Shown one piece after another: positions 44,004-54,026 of a stretch of 64,000 nucleotides of DNA (within the stretch, counting starts at the first letter, position 1; each line of letters opens with the position of its first letter). A model generated the notes under the pieces. It worked only from the letters and a program-made list of their open reading frames with translations, did not search any database and was not told where the DNA came from. Where the stretch lies: positions 310,105 through 374,104 of the forward strand of contig JACKDR010000001.1 in assembly GCA_020633495.1 (NCBI GenBank), given 5' to 3'. The translations under genes and the position numbers were made by a program. This stretch comes from Kofleriaceae bacterium (GTDB lineage Bacteria; Myxococcota_A; Polyangia; Haliangiales; Haliangiaceae).

Positions 44004-44106
44004 GAGGGGACGCCACCAGCCGACAGGGTAGCAAACCTCGGCGCCGGGCCGAAGAAACCGGCCCGCGCTCCCGCGCGGATGGCGCCGCCGGCGCGGCTCG
44101 ACGCGC

Positions 44107-44646
44107 TCAGGCGCGCCGGAACAGGCGGTGCAGCCAGCGCACGACCTTGCCGCGGTGCTCGGCGGCGACGCCGGCGCCCAGCTCGCGGCTCAGCGCGTGC
44201 TCCTGGTCGCGATCGGCGCCCATCACGATCGCCTCGACGTAGCGGGCGATCAGGCCGATCTGCCCCGACTCGATGTCGAGGGCACGGCCCAGCCGCGAGA
44301 TGTCGCGCGACTCCGCCGGCGCGACCTTGCCGTCGGCGAACGCGACCGTGATGACGTCGGTGAGCAGCGGCACGCGCAGCGCCACGTCGGCCTTGAGGCG
44401 CGTGACGATCGCGTCGGTCGCCGCCGCGTCGGCCCCGGCCGCCGCCGCCAGGACCTGGTCGCGGCCGGCGTCGGACAGCCCGAGCGCCTCGCACATGGCG
44501 CGGAGGTTGCCGAGCTCGGCCTCGTCGGTCTCCTGGTCGGCGAACGCGACCGAGGCCACCACCTTCAGGTAGTCGACGCGATCGGCGTCGGACAACCCGA
44601 GCGCGACGTGACCGTCGTGCCCGGACTCGGAGCTGGGAGTCGTCAT
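44107..44646 (-). CDS. TerB-like (tellurite-resistance TerB family) protein
   Basis: ATG 44644-44646 (MTTPSSESGHDGHVALGLSDADRVDYLKVVASVAFADQETDEAELGNLRAMCEALGLSDAGRDQVL...), a two-repeat TerB-N-like helical fold. The rest of the 847-aa ORF upstream is a wrong-frame artefact. Confidence 0.7.
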   Translation of the reverse strand: MTTPSSESGHDGHVALGLSDADRVDYLKVVASVAFADQETDEAELGNLRAMCEALGLSDAGRDQVLAAAAGADAAATDAIVTRLKADVALRVPLLTDVITVAFADGKVAPAESRDISRLGRALDIESGQIGLIARYVEAIVMGADRDQEHALSRELGAGVAAEHRGKVVRWLHRLFRRA

Positions 44647-44778
44647 GGACGGGACCATACCGGGCGGCCGATCGGTTCGCACCTGGCCGCGGCCGGCGAT
44701 CCGCGACCTTCCGCCGCTTGCCAGGATGCCGCCGCCGGCGTTCATTTCGGGGTCGGGCGCCCTGCCCCCCTGGATCCC

Positions 44779-45666
44779 ATGCCCCCTGTCGACGAAGCCG
44801 AGTCCACCGCGCCGCGCGAGCTGCGCGCCATCCGGGTCGCGATCGCGTGCGCCGTGGTCGGCGCCGCCACCAAGCTGACCGCCGGCGTCATCACCGGCAG
44901 CATGTCGATGATCTCGTCGGCGATCGACTCGCTGGGCGACCTGGTGGTGTCGCTGGTCAACGTCGCCGTGATCCGCATGTCGGACGCGCCACCCGACGAC
45001 GAGCACAACTACGGCCACGCCCGGGTCGAGGGGCTCGGCGCCATGTTCGAGGGCGCGTTCATCTTCGCCGCCGGCGTCTTCATCATCTACGAGGCCGGCC
45101 ACAAGATGTGGATCGGCGAGCTCAGCCACGACTCGACGCTCGGCATCCTGGTCATGCTGCCGATCCTGGCGATGACGATCGCGACGGTGCTGTACCTGCG
45201 GCGCGTCGCCCGCGCCACCGGCAGCCTGGTGATCAAGGCCGACGCGCTGCACTACCTCACCGACGTCTGGGTCAACGTCGGCGTCCTGGTGTCGCTGATC
45301 CTGGTCAAGGTCACCGGCGTGCCGATCATCGACCCGCTGATCTCGATCGGCATCGCGCTGTACATGCTGGTGTCGGCGCTCCACATCGTGCGCGACGGCT
45401 TCGGGGTCGTGATGGACCGGCGCCTCGATCAGGCGCTGATCGACCAGCTCCAGGCCCTGCTGCGCGCGACGCCCGGCATCGCGTCGTTCCACGACTTCAA
45501 GACCCGCGCCGGCAAGATCCCGCACGTCGACTTCCACGTCGTGGTCGCGCCCGAGACCACGACCAAGGAGGTCCACGACCTGTTCCTCGACCTGCAGGCC
45601 CGCATCCGCGACCTGGTCGGCCCGACCACCAAGGTCCTCATGCACGCCGACCCGCTGGGCGGGTGA
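44779..45666 (+). CDS. Cation diffusion facilitator (CDF) family metal-efflux transporter
   Basis: ATG 44779. TM helices with the CDF motifs SAIDSLGDLVVS and HYLTDVWVNVGVL, plus a cytoplasmic C-terminal domain (ASFHDFKTRAGKIPHVDFHVVV). Confidence 0.85.
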   Translation: MPPVDEAESTAPRELRAIRVAIACAVVGAATKLTAGVITGSMSMISSAIDSLGDLVVSLVNVAVIRMSDAPPDDEHNYGHARVEGLGAMFEGAFIFAAGVFIIYEAGHKMWIGELSHDSTLGILVMLPILAMTIATVLYLRRVARATGSLVIKADALHYLTDVWVNVGVLVSLILVKVTGVPIIDPLISIGIALYMLVSALHIVRDGFGVVMDRRLDQALIDQLQALLRATPGIASFHDFKTRAGKIPHVDFHVVVAPETTTKEVHDLFLDLQARIRDLVGPTTKVLMHADPLGG

Positions 45667-45735
45667 GCGACCGGGCGGCGCACATGGGCCACCTGGCCCA
45701 TGGTCAGCGGCCGGGTTCGGCGGCACGCTCGGTCC

Positions 45736-46725
45736 ATGCCCGATCCCAGCACGGCGTGGCGCGAGCGCGTCGCCGACGACGAAGAGGCGCGGTTCGGCCG
45801 CTACGGCGAGCAGCTCGCCGAGCTGCAGCGGCGCGCCGCCGCCCGGCACGGCCCCGGCCGCGCCCTCCACCGCAAGCAGCACCTGGGGCTGCGCGCCACC
45901 GTCGAGGTCCTGCCCGAGCTGCCGGCGCACGCGCGCCACGGCCTGTTCGCGACGCCGGGCCCGCACGAGGCCCAGCTGCGCCTGTCCAACGGCAGCGGCG
46001 AGCGTGCGCCCGATCGCCGCCCCGACATCCGCGGCTTCGCGCTGCGGGTGCTCGGCGTCGACGGCGACGGCGCGCTGGGCGGTCCGGCGACCGCGCAGTG
46101 CTTCGTCCTGATCAACAGCGAGGCGTTCGCGTTCCCCACCGTCGACGACTTCATGGGCGTCGTGGTGGCCGCGGCGCGCAGCCCGTTCGCGGTGCTGCGC
46201 CACCTGCAGCGCCGGCACGGCTTCTTCGGCGGGCTCGGCAAGGCCCGCGCCCTCGGCAAGGCCCTGGGCAAGCCGTTCGGCGGCTTCGCGCACGAGCCGT
46301 TCTACTCGGCGGCGCCGATCGCGTGCGGGCCGTACGCCGCCAAGGTCCGGCTGTGGCCGACCAGCGGCGACGCGCCGCCGCCGCCGTCGAAGCGCGACTG
46401 GTCGGCCGACGTGGTCGCGCGGCTCGGCCACGGCGCGCTGACCTGGGACCTGCAGCTGCAGTTCTTCGTCGACGAGGCGACCACGCCGATCGAGGATCCG
46501 ACGGTGGCCTGGCCCGCGGCGGTGGCGCCGTTCGTGACCGTGGCGAGGGTGACGGCGCCGGCCCAGGACCCGGCCAGCGACGACGGCCGCGCCGTCGCCG
46601 CCGCCGCCGAGGCCGGCGTCTTCGATCCGTGGCAGGCGCTGGCCGCGCACCGGCCGCTCGGCGAGATCATGCGCGCCCGCAAGGTGGCCTACTTCGCCAG
46701 CCAGCAGGGCCGCGGCGCGGCGTAG
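45736..46725 (+). CDS. Catalase-related haem protein (small catalase-like / catalase-related peroxidase family)
   Basis: ATG 45736. LHRKQHLGLRATVEV...FATPGPHEAQLRLSNG...DIRGFALRV...FPTVDDFMG...DLQLQFF...EIMRARKVAYFASQQGR, the catalase core-like motif pattern at about 330 aa. Confidence 0.75.
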   Translation: MPDPSTAWRERVADDEEARFGRYGEQLAELQRRAAARHGPGRALHRKQHLGLRATVEVLPELPAHARHGLFATPGPHEAQLRLSNGSGERAPDRRPDIRGFALRVLGVDGDGALGGPATAQCFVLINSEAFAFPTVDDFMGVVVAAARSPFAVLRHLQRRHGFFGGLGKARALGKALGKPFGGFAHEPFYSAAPIACGPYAAKVRLWPTSGDAPPPPSKRDWSADVVARLGHGALTWDLQLQFFVDEATTPIEDPTVAWPAAVAPFVTVARVTAPAQDPASDDGRAVAAAAEAGVFDPWQALAAHRPLGEIMRARKVAYFASQQGRGAA

Positions 46726-46795
46726 CGCGGCTCGGCCCCGCGCCCGCCGCGCCCGCCGCGCCCGCCGGGCGCGCGATCGGTGCTATCCCTGGGCG

Positions 46796-48724
46796 GTGGC
46801 GAACCCGGGCGAGGAGACGCACGACCACACGGTCTACCTGCGGGCGCTGGCGCGCCGCTACCCCAACCCGGCGGCGGTGCTCGCCGAGCTGACCAACCTC
46901 GAGTCGATCCTGACCCTGCCCAAGCCGACGGTGCACGTGGTCAGCGACGTCCACGGCGAGCACGTCAAGCTGCGCCAGGTCGTCAACAACGCCTCGGGCA
47001 GCCTGCGGCCGCTGCTGGCCCGGCTGTTCGGCGACCGGCTCGACGCCGGCGAGCTCGACGATCTGCTGACGATGCTCTACTACCCGCGCGAGACCTACCA
47101 GGCGCTGCCCGACGGCGAGCCGCGGCGGGCCGCGGTCCGCCGCTTCGTCGGCCACGCCGTGACCGTCATCCGCGAGCTGGCCCGGCGCTACACGCTCAAG
47201 CACGTCGAGCGCATCGTCCCCGATCCGTTCGACGCCACGGTCCGCGAGCTCCTGTTCGGCGGCGAGCTGGCGCGCGAGCCCGCGTTCCTCGACGGGCTGA
47301 TCGCGCCGTTCTTCCGCCACGACCGCGACCTCGAGCTGGTGCGCATGGTGGCGCGGATCGTCCGCAACCTGTCGGTCGGCGAGCTGGTGGTCGCCGGCGA
47401 CCTCGGCGACCGTGGCCCGCGCCTCGACCGGGTCATCGAGATCCTCGAGCAGCAGCCCAGCGTCGCGATCACCTGGGGCAACCACGACGCCAGCTGGATG
47501 GCGGCGTGCCTGGGCCACCCGGCCGCGATCGCGACGGTGGTGCGGCTGTCGCTGCGCTACCAGCGGCTCGGCCAGCTCGAGGAGGGCTACGGCATCTCGC
47601 TGGCGCCGCTCGAGCGCCTGGCGCGCGACGTCTACGGCGACGACCCGGCGAGCCGCTTCGAGGTCAAGGGCGAGCCGGCCGGCGACCCGCGGCTGCTGGC
47701 CCGGATGCACAAGGCGATCGCGATCATCCAGTTCAAGCTCGACGGCGCGCTGTTCCGGCGCCACCCCGCCTGGGAGCTCGAGGGCCGGGACCTGCTGCGC
47801 CGGATCGATCCCGCGACCATGACCGTCGACGTCGACGGCCAGCGCCACCCGCTGCTCGACGACCGCTGGCCGACGCTGACCTGGGACGATCCCGACGCGC
47901 TGTCGGCGGACGAGCAGCGCTGCCTCGACGAGCTGCGCCGCGGCTTCGTGGCGTCGAGCACGCTGTGGCGCCAGATGTCGTTCGTGGCGTCGCACGGCAA
48001 GATGATGCTGCGCCGTGATCGCTGCGCGATCTTCCACGGCTGCGTCCCGGTCGACGCCGACGGCGCGCTACTGCCGCTGGTCGTCGACGGCGCGCCGCGC
48101 CGGGGCAAGGCCCTGTTCGACGCCCTCGAGGTCGTCGTCCAGCGCGCGTTCCGCAAGCGCCGCCCCGACGATCTCGACACCCTGTACTACCTGTGGACCG
48201 GGCCGCGGTCGCCGTGCTTCGGCAAGGACCGCATGGCGACCTTCGAGGGCCACTTCGTCGCCGACCCGGCGACCCACCACGAGACCAAGAACCCGTACTT
48301 CGCGCTGCTCCACGACGCCGGGTTCTGCGATCGCATCCTGCGCGAGCTCGGCGTCGACGATCCCGCCGGGTTCATCGTCAACGGCCACGTCCCGGTCAAG
48401 CTCGACGCCGGCGAGACCCCGGTCAAGCGCTCGGGCCGCGCCGTGACGATCGACGGCGCGTTCTCGGCGGCCTACGGCGACAAGGGCTTCTCGCTGGTGC
48501 TCGACGCCACCCGCATGTACCTGGCCCAGCACTACCACTTCGACGGCGCGGCGGCGGCGGTCGCGACCGGCGCCGACATCATCCCGACCGTCGCCGACCT
48601 CGAGATCTACCCGCGGCCGCGCACGGTCGCCGACACCGAGCGCGGCGACGAGCTGCGCGCCGAGATCGCGGCGCTCGAGGAGCTGATAGCCGCGTTCGAG
48701 ACCAACCTGATCCGCCCGGCGTGA
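46796..48724 (+). CDS. fbp: Fructose-1,6-bisphosphatase class 3 (Bacillus Fbp type)
   Basis: GTG 46796. 642 aa. VHVVSDVHGEH...GDLGDRGPRLD...WGNHDASWM...NGHVPV (metallophosphatase motifs) across a length typical of FBPase III. Confidence 0.85.
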   Translation: MANPGEETHDHTVYLRALARRYPNPAAVLAELTNLESILTLPKPTVHVVSDVHGEHVKLRQVVNNASGSLRPLLARLFGDRLDAGELDDLLTMLYYPRETYQALPDGEPRRAAVRRFVGHAVTVIRELARRYTLKHVERIVPDPFDATVRELLFGGELAREPAFLDGLIAPFFRHDRDLELVRMVARIVRNLSVGELVVAGDLGDRGPRLDRVIEILEQQPSVAITWGNHDASWMAACLGHPAAIATVVRLSLRYQRLGQLEEGYGISLAPLERLARDVYGDDPASRFEVKGEPAGDPRLLARMHKAIAIIQFKLDGALFRRHPAWELEGRDLLRRIDPATMTVDVDGQRHPLLDDRWPTLTWDDPDALSADEQRCLDELRRGFVASSTLWRQMSFVASHGKMMLRRDRCAIFHGCVPVDADGALLPLVVDGAPRRGKALFDALEVVVQRAFRKRRPDDLDTLYYLWTGPRSPCFGKDRMATFEGHFVADPATHHETKNPYFALLHDAGFCDRILRELGVDDPAGFIVNGHVPVKLDAGETPVKRSGRAVTIDGAFSAAYGDKGFSLVLDATRMYLAQHYHFDGAAAAVATGADIIPTVADLEIYPRPRTVADTERGDELRAEIAALEELIAAFETNLIRPA

Positions 48725-48752
48725 GCGCGAGCCCGCGCCGGGCTGGCGCCTG

Positions 48753-48983
48753 CTAGCGCTCGGCGTCCTTGCTGCCGACGATCGTCATGTTCATGCCGAT
48801 CTGCACCGACAGCGGCTTGCCGTCGACCTGGATCGTGGTCTTGGCGTTGATGTTCCAGCCGAACGAGCCGGTCGAGAACGACTTCACGTCGGCGACCATC
48901 TCCTGGCCGTTGATCACGACCGTGAGCGGCTCGGCCTTGTCGAGGAACTGGGTGAGCGAGACGGGGCAAGGGGACTTGGCCAT
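48753..48983 (-). CDS. Small hypothetical protein (76 aa), lower GC and unusual composition
   Basis: ATG 48981-48983 (MAKSPCPVSLTQFLDKAEPLTVVINGQEMVADVKSFSTGSFGWNINAKTTIQVDGKPLSVQIGMNMTIVGSKDAER). Clean composition (K/N/T/S-rich). I recognise no family. Confidence 0.5.
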   Translation of the reverse strand: MAKSPCPVSLTQFLDKAEPLTVVINGQEMVADVKSFSTGSFGWNINAKTTIQVDGKPLSVQIGMNMTIVGSKDAER

Positions 48984-49099
48984 GGCGACGCAGGGTAACA
49001 CGCGGTCACGCGGTCACGCGGTCGACCGGCGGCGCGCCCGCCGTGCCGGCGACCGGGTACAGTCGCCGGGTTCGCTGCCCCCGCCCGAGGAGTCCGGTC

Positions 49100-49699
49100 G
49101 TGATCACGTTCTACGGTGCCCCGATGTCGAACGCTGGCCGCAGCCGCTGGATGCTGGAGGAGTGCGGCGTCCCCTACGCGTACGAGATCGTCGACCTGCG
49201 CGACGACGCCCAGCGCGCCGCGTTCGCCGAGGTCTTCCCCGGCTGCAAGATCCCCTACCTGATCGACGGCGACGTCCGCCTGTCCGAGTCGATGGCGATC
49301 AACTTCTACCTGGCCGAGACCTACCAGCCCGAGCTGGTGCCGGCGGACCGGGCCGGCCGCGCCCTGGCCTACCAGTGGTCGTTCTGGGCCATCACCAACC
49401 TTCAGCCCGAGGCCCTCGCGGTCATGCGCAACACCACGATCCTGCCGCCCGAGCAGCGCAGCGCCGCGGCCGCCGACGCCGGACGCACCGGCAGCCAGCG
49501 GTTCGTCGATCAGCTCGAGGCCGCGCTGGCCGGCGACTGGCTGATCGGCGATCACTTCACGATCGCCGACCTCAACGCCGGCTCGGTGGTCGGCACCGCG
49601 ACCCGGATCGGCGCCGCCAAGGCCGGCCCGCGGGTCGCCGCGTGGCTCGACTACCTCCGGGCCCGGCCGGCGTACCAGAAGGCGTTCGCCCCGACGTGA
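49100..49699 (+). CDS. Glutathione S-transferase
   Basis: GTG 49100 with a GAGGAG RBS 8 nt upstream. ITFYGAPMSNAGRSRWMLEECGVPYAYEIVDL...KIPYLIDGDVRLSESMAINFYLAE (N-terminal thioredoxin-like domain) and a helical C-terminal domain. Confidence 0.85.
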   Translation: MITFYGAPMSNAGRSRWMLEECGVPYAYEIVDLRDDAQRAAFAEVFPGCKIPYLIDGDVRLSESMAINFYLAETYQPELVPADRAGRALAYQWSFWAITNLQPEALAVMRNTTILPPEQRSAAAADAGRTGSQRFVDQLEAALAGDWLIGDHFTIADLNAGSVVGTATRIGAAKAGPRVAAWLDYLRARPAYQKAFAPT

Positions 49700-50196
49700 G
49701 CGGGCGCGTGGGTGGTCGCGTCGTCGCGCGGACGGCCGCGGCGGCGGTCGCGCTGGCCCTGATCGGGTGCGGGCCGGCGGCCCGCCTCGACGCGCCACCG
49801 CCCCACGACCTCGACGACGAGGCGCTGCCGGGCGCCCGTCGCGCCGCGGCGCCCGCCGCGCCCGCGGCCACCGACGACGTCCGCGACGACGCCGTGGCGT
49901 CGGGTGGCGAGGTGGCCGCCGCGGGCGCCGCTGGCGGCCCGCGACCGGCACCGGCGCGGCGGGCCGCCACGATCACGCTGACCGTGCGCGACGCCGACGT
50001 CCACGACGTCCTGCGCCTGATCGCGACCGTCGCCCGGCGCAGCCTCGTGGTCGCCGACGACGTCGCCGGCGCCGTCACCGTCGAGCTGCACGACGTGCCG
50101 TGGCCGGCCGCGCTCGACGCGATCGCCGGGCTGCTCGGGCTCGCCGTCGTCGACCGCGACGGCATCCTGCGGGTCGGCCGGGCGCCGCCGCGCTGA
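49696..50196 (+). CDS. Small lipoprotein with a secretin/TonB N-terminal (STN)-like domain
   Basis: GTG 49696 overlapping the GST stop (GTGA). Lipobox LALIGCGP. C-terminal ITLTVRDADVHDVLRLIATVARRSLVVADDVAGAVTVELHDVPWPAALDAIAGLLGLAVVDRDGILRV. Confidence 0.6.
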   Translation: MSGRVGGRVVARTAAAAVALALIGCGPAARLDAPPPHDLDDEALPGARRAAAPAAPAATDDVRDDAVASGGEVAAAGAAGGPRPAPARRAATITLTVRDADVHDVLRLIATVARRSLVVADDVAGAVTVELHDVPWPAALDAIAGLLGLAVVDRDGILRVGRAPPR

Positions 50197-50202
50197 CCGT
50201 CG

Positions 50203-50782
50203 CTACGAGACCGTCGGCTCGTCGTCGACCGCGACGCCGTCGATCGGGGTGTCGACGTCGTCGATCGCGATCGGGACCGCCGCCGACGCCGACGCGGCCA
50301 CGACCGGCGCGGTCGCCGGGCGCGTGCCGCGCGCCAGCCGGCCCGCGGCGCGGACCCGCCAGAACGCCTGTAGCAGCTCGCGGCACCCCGACATCGCGTG
50401 CAGCTCGTCGGTGTCGAGGTCGTAGCGGACCAGCAGCAGCCCCGGCGACCGGTGGTAGTGGAAGGTGCCCTCGACCACGCCGTCGCGCGCGACCACGACG
50501 CGGAACCGCGACTCGAGCTCGTCGACCGCCGCCAGGTGCGGCGCGGGCCGGACCGCCGCGCCCTGGACCCGGTGCGCGTCGATGACCAGGACCCAGCGCC
50601 CGTTGTCGCGCTGACACAGGCGCTCCTCGCGCCAGAAGCCGTGGTCGCTGCCCGCGACCATCCAGATGCGACGATGGCCGCGCTCCGCCAGCTTCTGGGC
50701 GAGCGTCTTCCGCAGCGCGCTGACGTCCCCCGAGACGATCGCGCTCAGCGTCCACGGTCGCTGATGAGAGGCCATCCACATC
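50203..50782 (-). CDS. Hypothetical protein
   Basis: MWMASHQRPWTLSAIVSGDVSALRKTLAQKLAERGHRRIWMVAGSDHGFWREERLCQRDNGRWVLVIDAHRV... has good composition. Start ATG 50782 (alternatives 50776 or 50862). I recognise no family. Confidence 0.5.
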
Positions 50783-50929
50783 GTGGGGCGGGCAGAGGAT
50801 ACCCATCCCGGGTGACGTGGGGGAGAAAACTGCCTTACAGGACCTGTTTCCGCCTCGACCACGGCGCGCCGCCGGCGGCGCGCGCGGCGCGGCGTCGCAG
50901 GGTCGGACCGGTCGGTCGCGACCGACCGG

Positions 50930-51904
50930 TCACGGCGGCGTCAGCACCGCGACCGTGGCCTGGGGCTCCCAGGCCAGCTTGTAGGCGCCGCCCGGGATCC
51001 ACAGCGCGCCCGCGATCGCGGCGCCGTGGGTGCCGGCGCGGGCGACCGGGAGCGCCGCCTCGGCACGCCAGGCGTCGCCGCCGAGGTCGTAGACCTCGAC
51101 CACGTGGAGCGCGGCGACGCCGGCCTCGCCACCGGCGCACCACAGCTCACCGGCGAGGACGTCGGCGGCGCAGCCGCCGCGCGCCGTCGGCATCGCGGCC
51201 CGCGCGGTCCACGCCGACGCGCCGGGCGCCAGGGCCAGGACGTCGGCCAGCGGCGCCAGGGCGTCGAGGCCGACGGTGCCGCCGATCACCAGCGCCGCGC
51301 CGTCGGGCGCCCGCGCGCCGACCGCGTGCGACCGCGGCGACGGCAGATCGGGCCGGCGCGACCAGGCGTCGCCGACGGTGTCGTAGGCGAGCACGGTCGC
51401 GACCGAGGCGTCGACGGTCGAGCCGCCGGCGAGGACGACGGTATCGCCGTCGACGATCACCGCGGCGGCGCCGACCTCGGCGCCGGCCGGCATCGCGGCC
51501 AGCGGCCGCCACGCCGTCGCGCCGGGATCGAGGGCCCAGGCGCGGCCATCGGGGACGAAGTCCCGGGTCACCAGGCCGCCGAGCAGGTACAGGGTGTCGC
51601 CGACCGCGGCCAGGTTGGCGTGGGTCAGCGCCACCGGGGTCGCCGGGCCGGGGCGCCAGGCGGCGGCCCCGGGGTCGAGGATCCACGTGTCGGTGACGAC
51701 CTCGAGGCCGTCGTCGAGGCCGCCGACCACCCACAGCGCGTCACCGACCGCCGCGACCGCCGGCTCGAGGCGGCCGCCGGGCAGCGGCGGGCCCTCGGTC
51801 CACGGCGCCGGCTCGGCGTCGGGCGCGGTCGCCGCGTCGCCGCAGCCCGCGGCGGTCAACGCGACCGCACCGGTCACCGACAGCAAGGCGAGGGCGCGGC
51901 GCAC
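50930..51904 (-). CDS. Kelch-repeat (beta-propeller) lipoprotein
   Basis: GTG 51902-51904 (VRRALALLSVTGAVALTAAGCGD, signal plus lipobox). Six repeats with the Kelch pattern (AAVGDALWVVGG, AAVGDTLYLLGG, AAVIVDGDTVVLAGG, RAPDGAALVIGG, ADVLAGELWCAGG, AAIAGALWIPGG). Confidence 0.75.
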   Translation of the reverse strand: MRRALALLSVTGAVALTAAGCGDAATAPDAEPAPWTEGPPLPGGRLEPAVAAVGDALWVVGGLDDGLEVVTDTWILDPGAAAWRPGPATPVALTHANLAAVGDTLYLLGGLVTRDFVPDGRAWALDPGATAWRPLAAMPAGAEVGAAAVIVDGDTVVLAGGSTVDASVATVLAYDTVGDAWSRRPDLPSPRSHAVGARAPDGAALVIGGTVGLDALAPLADVLALAPGASAWTARAAMPTARGGCAADVLAGELWCAGGEAGVAALHVVEVYDLGGDAWRAEAALPVARAGTHGAAIAGALWIPGGAYKLAWEPQATVAVLTPP

Positions 51905-52145
51905 CCCGCCAGGGTAGCGGGGACCGTCGACGAGCGCGAGCCGGCGCGACGCGCGGTGACCGACCGACCGGCCACGATCGGTCGCGGGGGACAGCCCTCC
52001 CCGGGTGCCCACCGCGGTGCGCAGCACGCCGGCGCGCGGCGCGCGTCGACGCCGGCCAACCAGGCGCGGCGGCAGGGTTCGAACCGGGGTTGCGCGACGA
52101 CGCGCGACGCGGCGCCCTGGTCCGCGGTTTGCGAAGCAGCGGCGC

Positions 52146-52943
52146 ATGCATCTCCCCTCCCCCGCCCGCCGGATCCTGCTGGTCGCCACCCTCGCCGCCA
52201 CCCTCCCGCTCGCCGCGTGCGTCGGCGACGCCGGCGGCCCCTTCGAGGACCACGAGGAGGCCAGCGACTACGATCCGGTCCCCGCCGACGACGGCAAGGC
52301 CGACGCGCTGTCCGCCACCTTCGACGATCGCCTGGTCATCCCCGACGACTTCTTCGTCGACGTCGACGCGATCGACGGCGACGGCCTGCAGCAGTTCTTC
52401 GAGACCTCGCCGTACGGCCGCCGGTCGTGGCTCGCCGACGCCAAGGTCGGCGACCTCCGGGCCGCCGATGCGATCGTCGCCGGCGCCCGCGCCGAGGGCA
52501 TCAACCCGCTGGTCATGGTGGCGCGCATGCAGGTCGAGCAGTCGCTGGTCAGCAAGAGCGCGCCGCCGAGCCAGAAGAAGATCGACTACGCGTTCGGCTG
52601 TGGCTGTCCGGACAACCGGCCGTGCAACGAGGCCTACCGCGGCCTCGACAAGCAGATCCAGTGCTCGGCCCACACCCTGGCGCGGTGGTACCAGGGCTCG
52701 ATCGACGGCGACGCCGAGTGGGTCGCGGGCCGCGGCCGCCGCACGCTCGACAAGATCTGGGTCGTGCCCGGCAACCACGCCACCGCGTCGCTGTACGCGT
52801 ACACGCCGTGGGTGCTGCGCGGCAGCGGCGGCAACTGGCTGGTGTGGAACGTGACCCGCAAGATGGAGCGTCACGCCCGCGCCCTCGGCGTCCTCGTCGA
52901 GCCGGCCGTGGATCCGGCGACCGATCCGACCGGCGACCAGTGA
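52146..52943 (+). CDS. Hypothetical lipoprotein (possible cell-wall hydrolase-like domain)
   Basis: ATG 52146 (MHLPSPARRILLVATLAATLPLAACVGD). The conserved-looking region AIVAGARAEGINPLVMVARMQVEQSLVSKS...YAFGCGCPDN is not assigned to a family with confidence. Confidence 0.55.
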   Translation: MHLPSPARRILLVATLAATLPLAACVGDAGGPFEDHEEASDYDPVPADDGKADALSATFDDRLVIPDDFFVDVDAIDGDGLQQFFETSPYGRRSWLADAKVGDLRAADAIVAGARAEGINPLVMVARMQVEQSLVSKSAPPSQKKIDYAFGCGCPDNRPCNEAYRGLDKQIQCSAHTLARWYQGSIDGDAEWVAGRGRRTLDKIWVVPGNHATASLYAYTPWVLRGSGGNWLVWNVTRKMERHARALGVLVEPAVDPATDPTGDQ

Positions 52944-53001
52944 GCCGGCGCCGCGGCGCCCCGCGTCGCCACGACCGACGTCGCCGCGCGCGGCCCGAGC
53001 G

Positions 53002-53973
<972 letters not shown>

Positions 53974-54026
53974 CGGGAAACCTCCGCGCCCGGCTTACCA
54001 CGAAGCCGGCGACGCGCCCGTCCCGG

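Noticed and set aside
52060-52100. GGTTCGAACC (T-loop-like) motif considered as part of a tRNA gene
   Set aside because: It is only a 10-bp palindrome. The flanking sequence cannot be folded into acceptor, D or anticodon arms. It lies inside the N-terminal coding region of the lipoprotein ORF starting at 52005 (real start 52146 downstream), and there is no CCA or acceptor complement.
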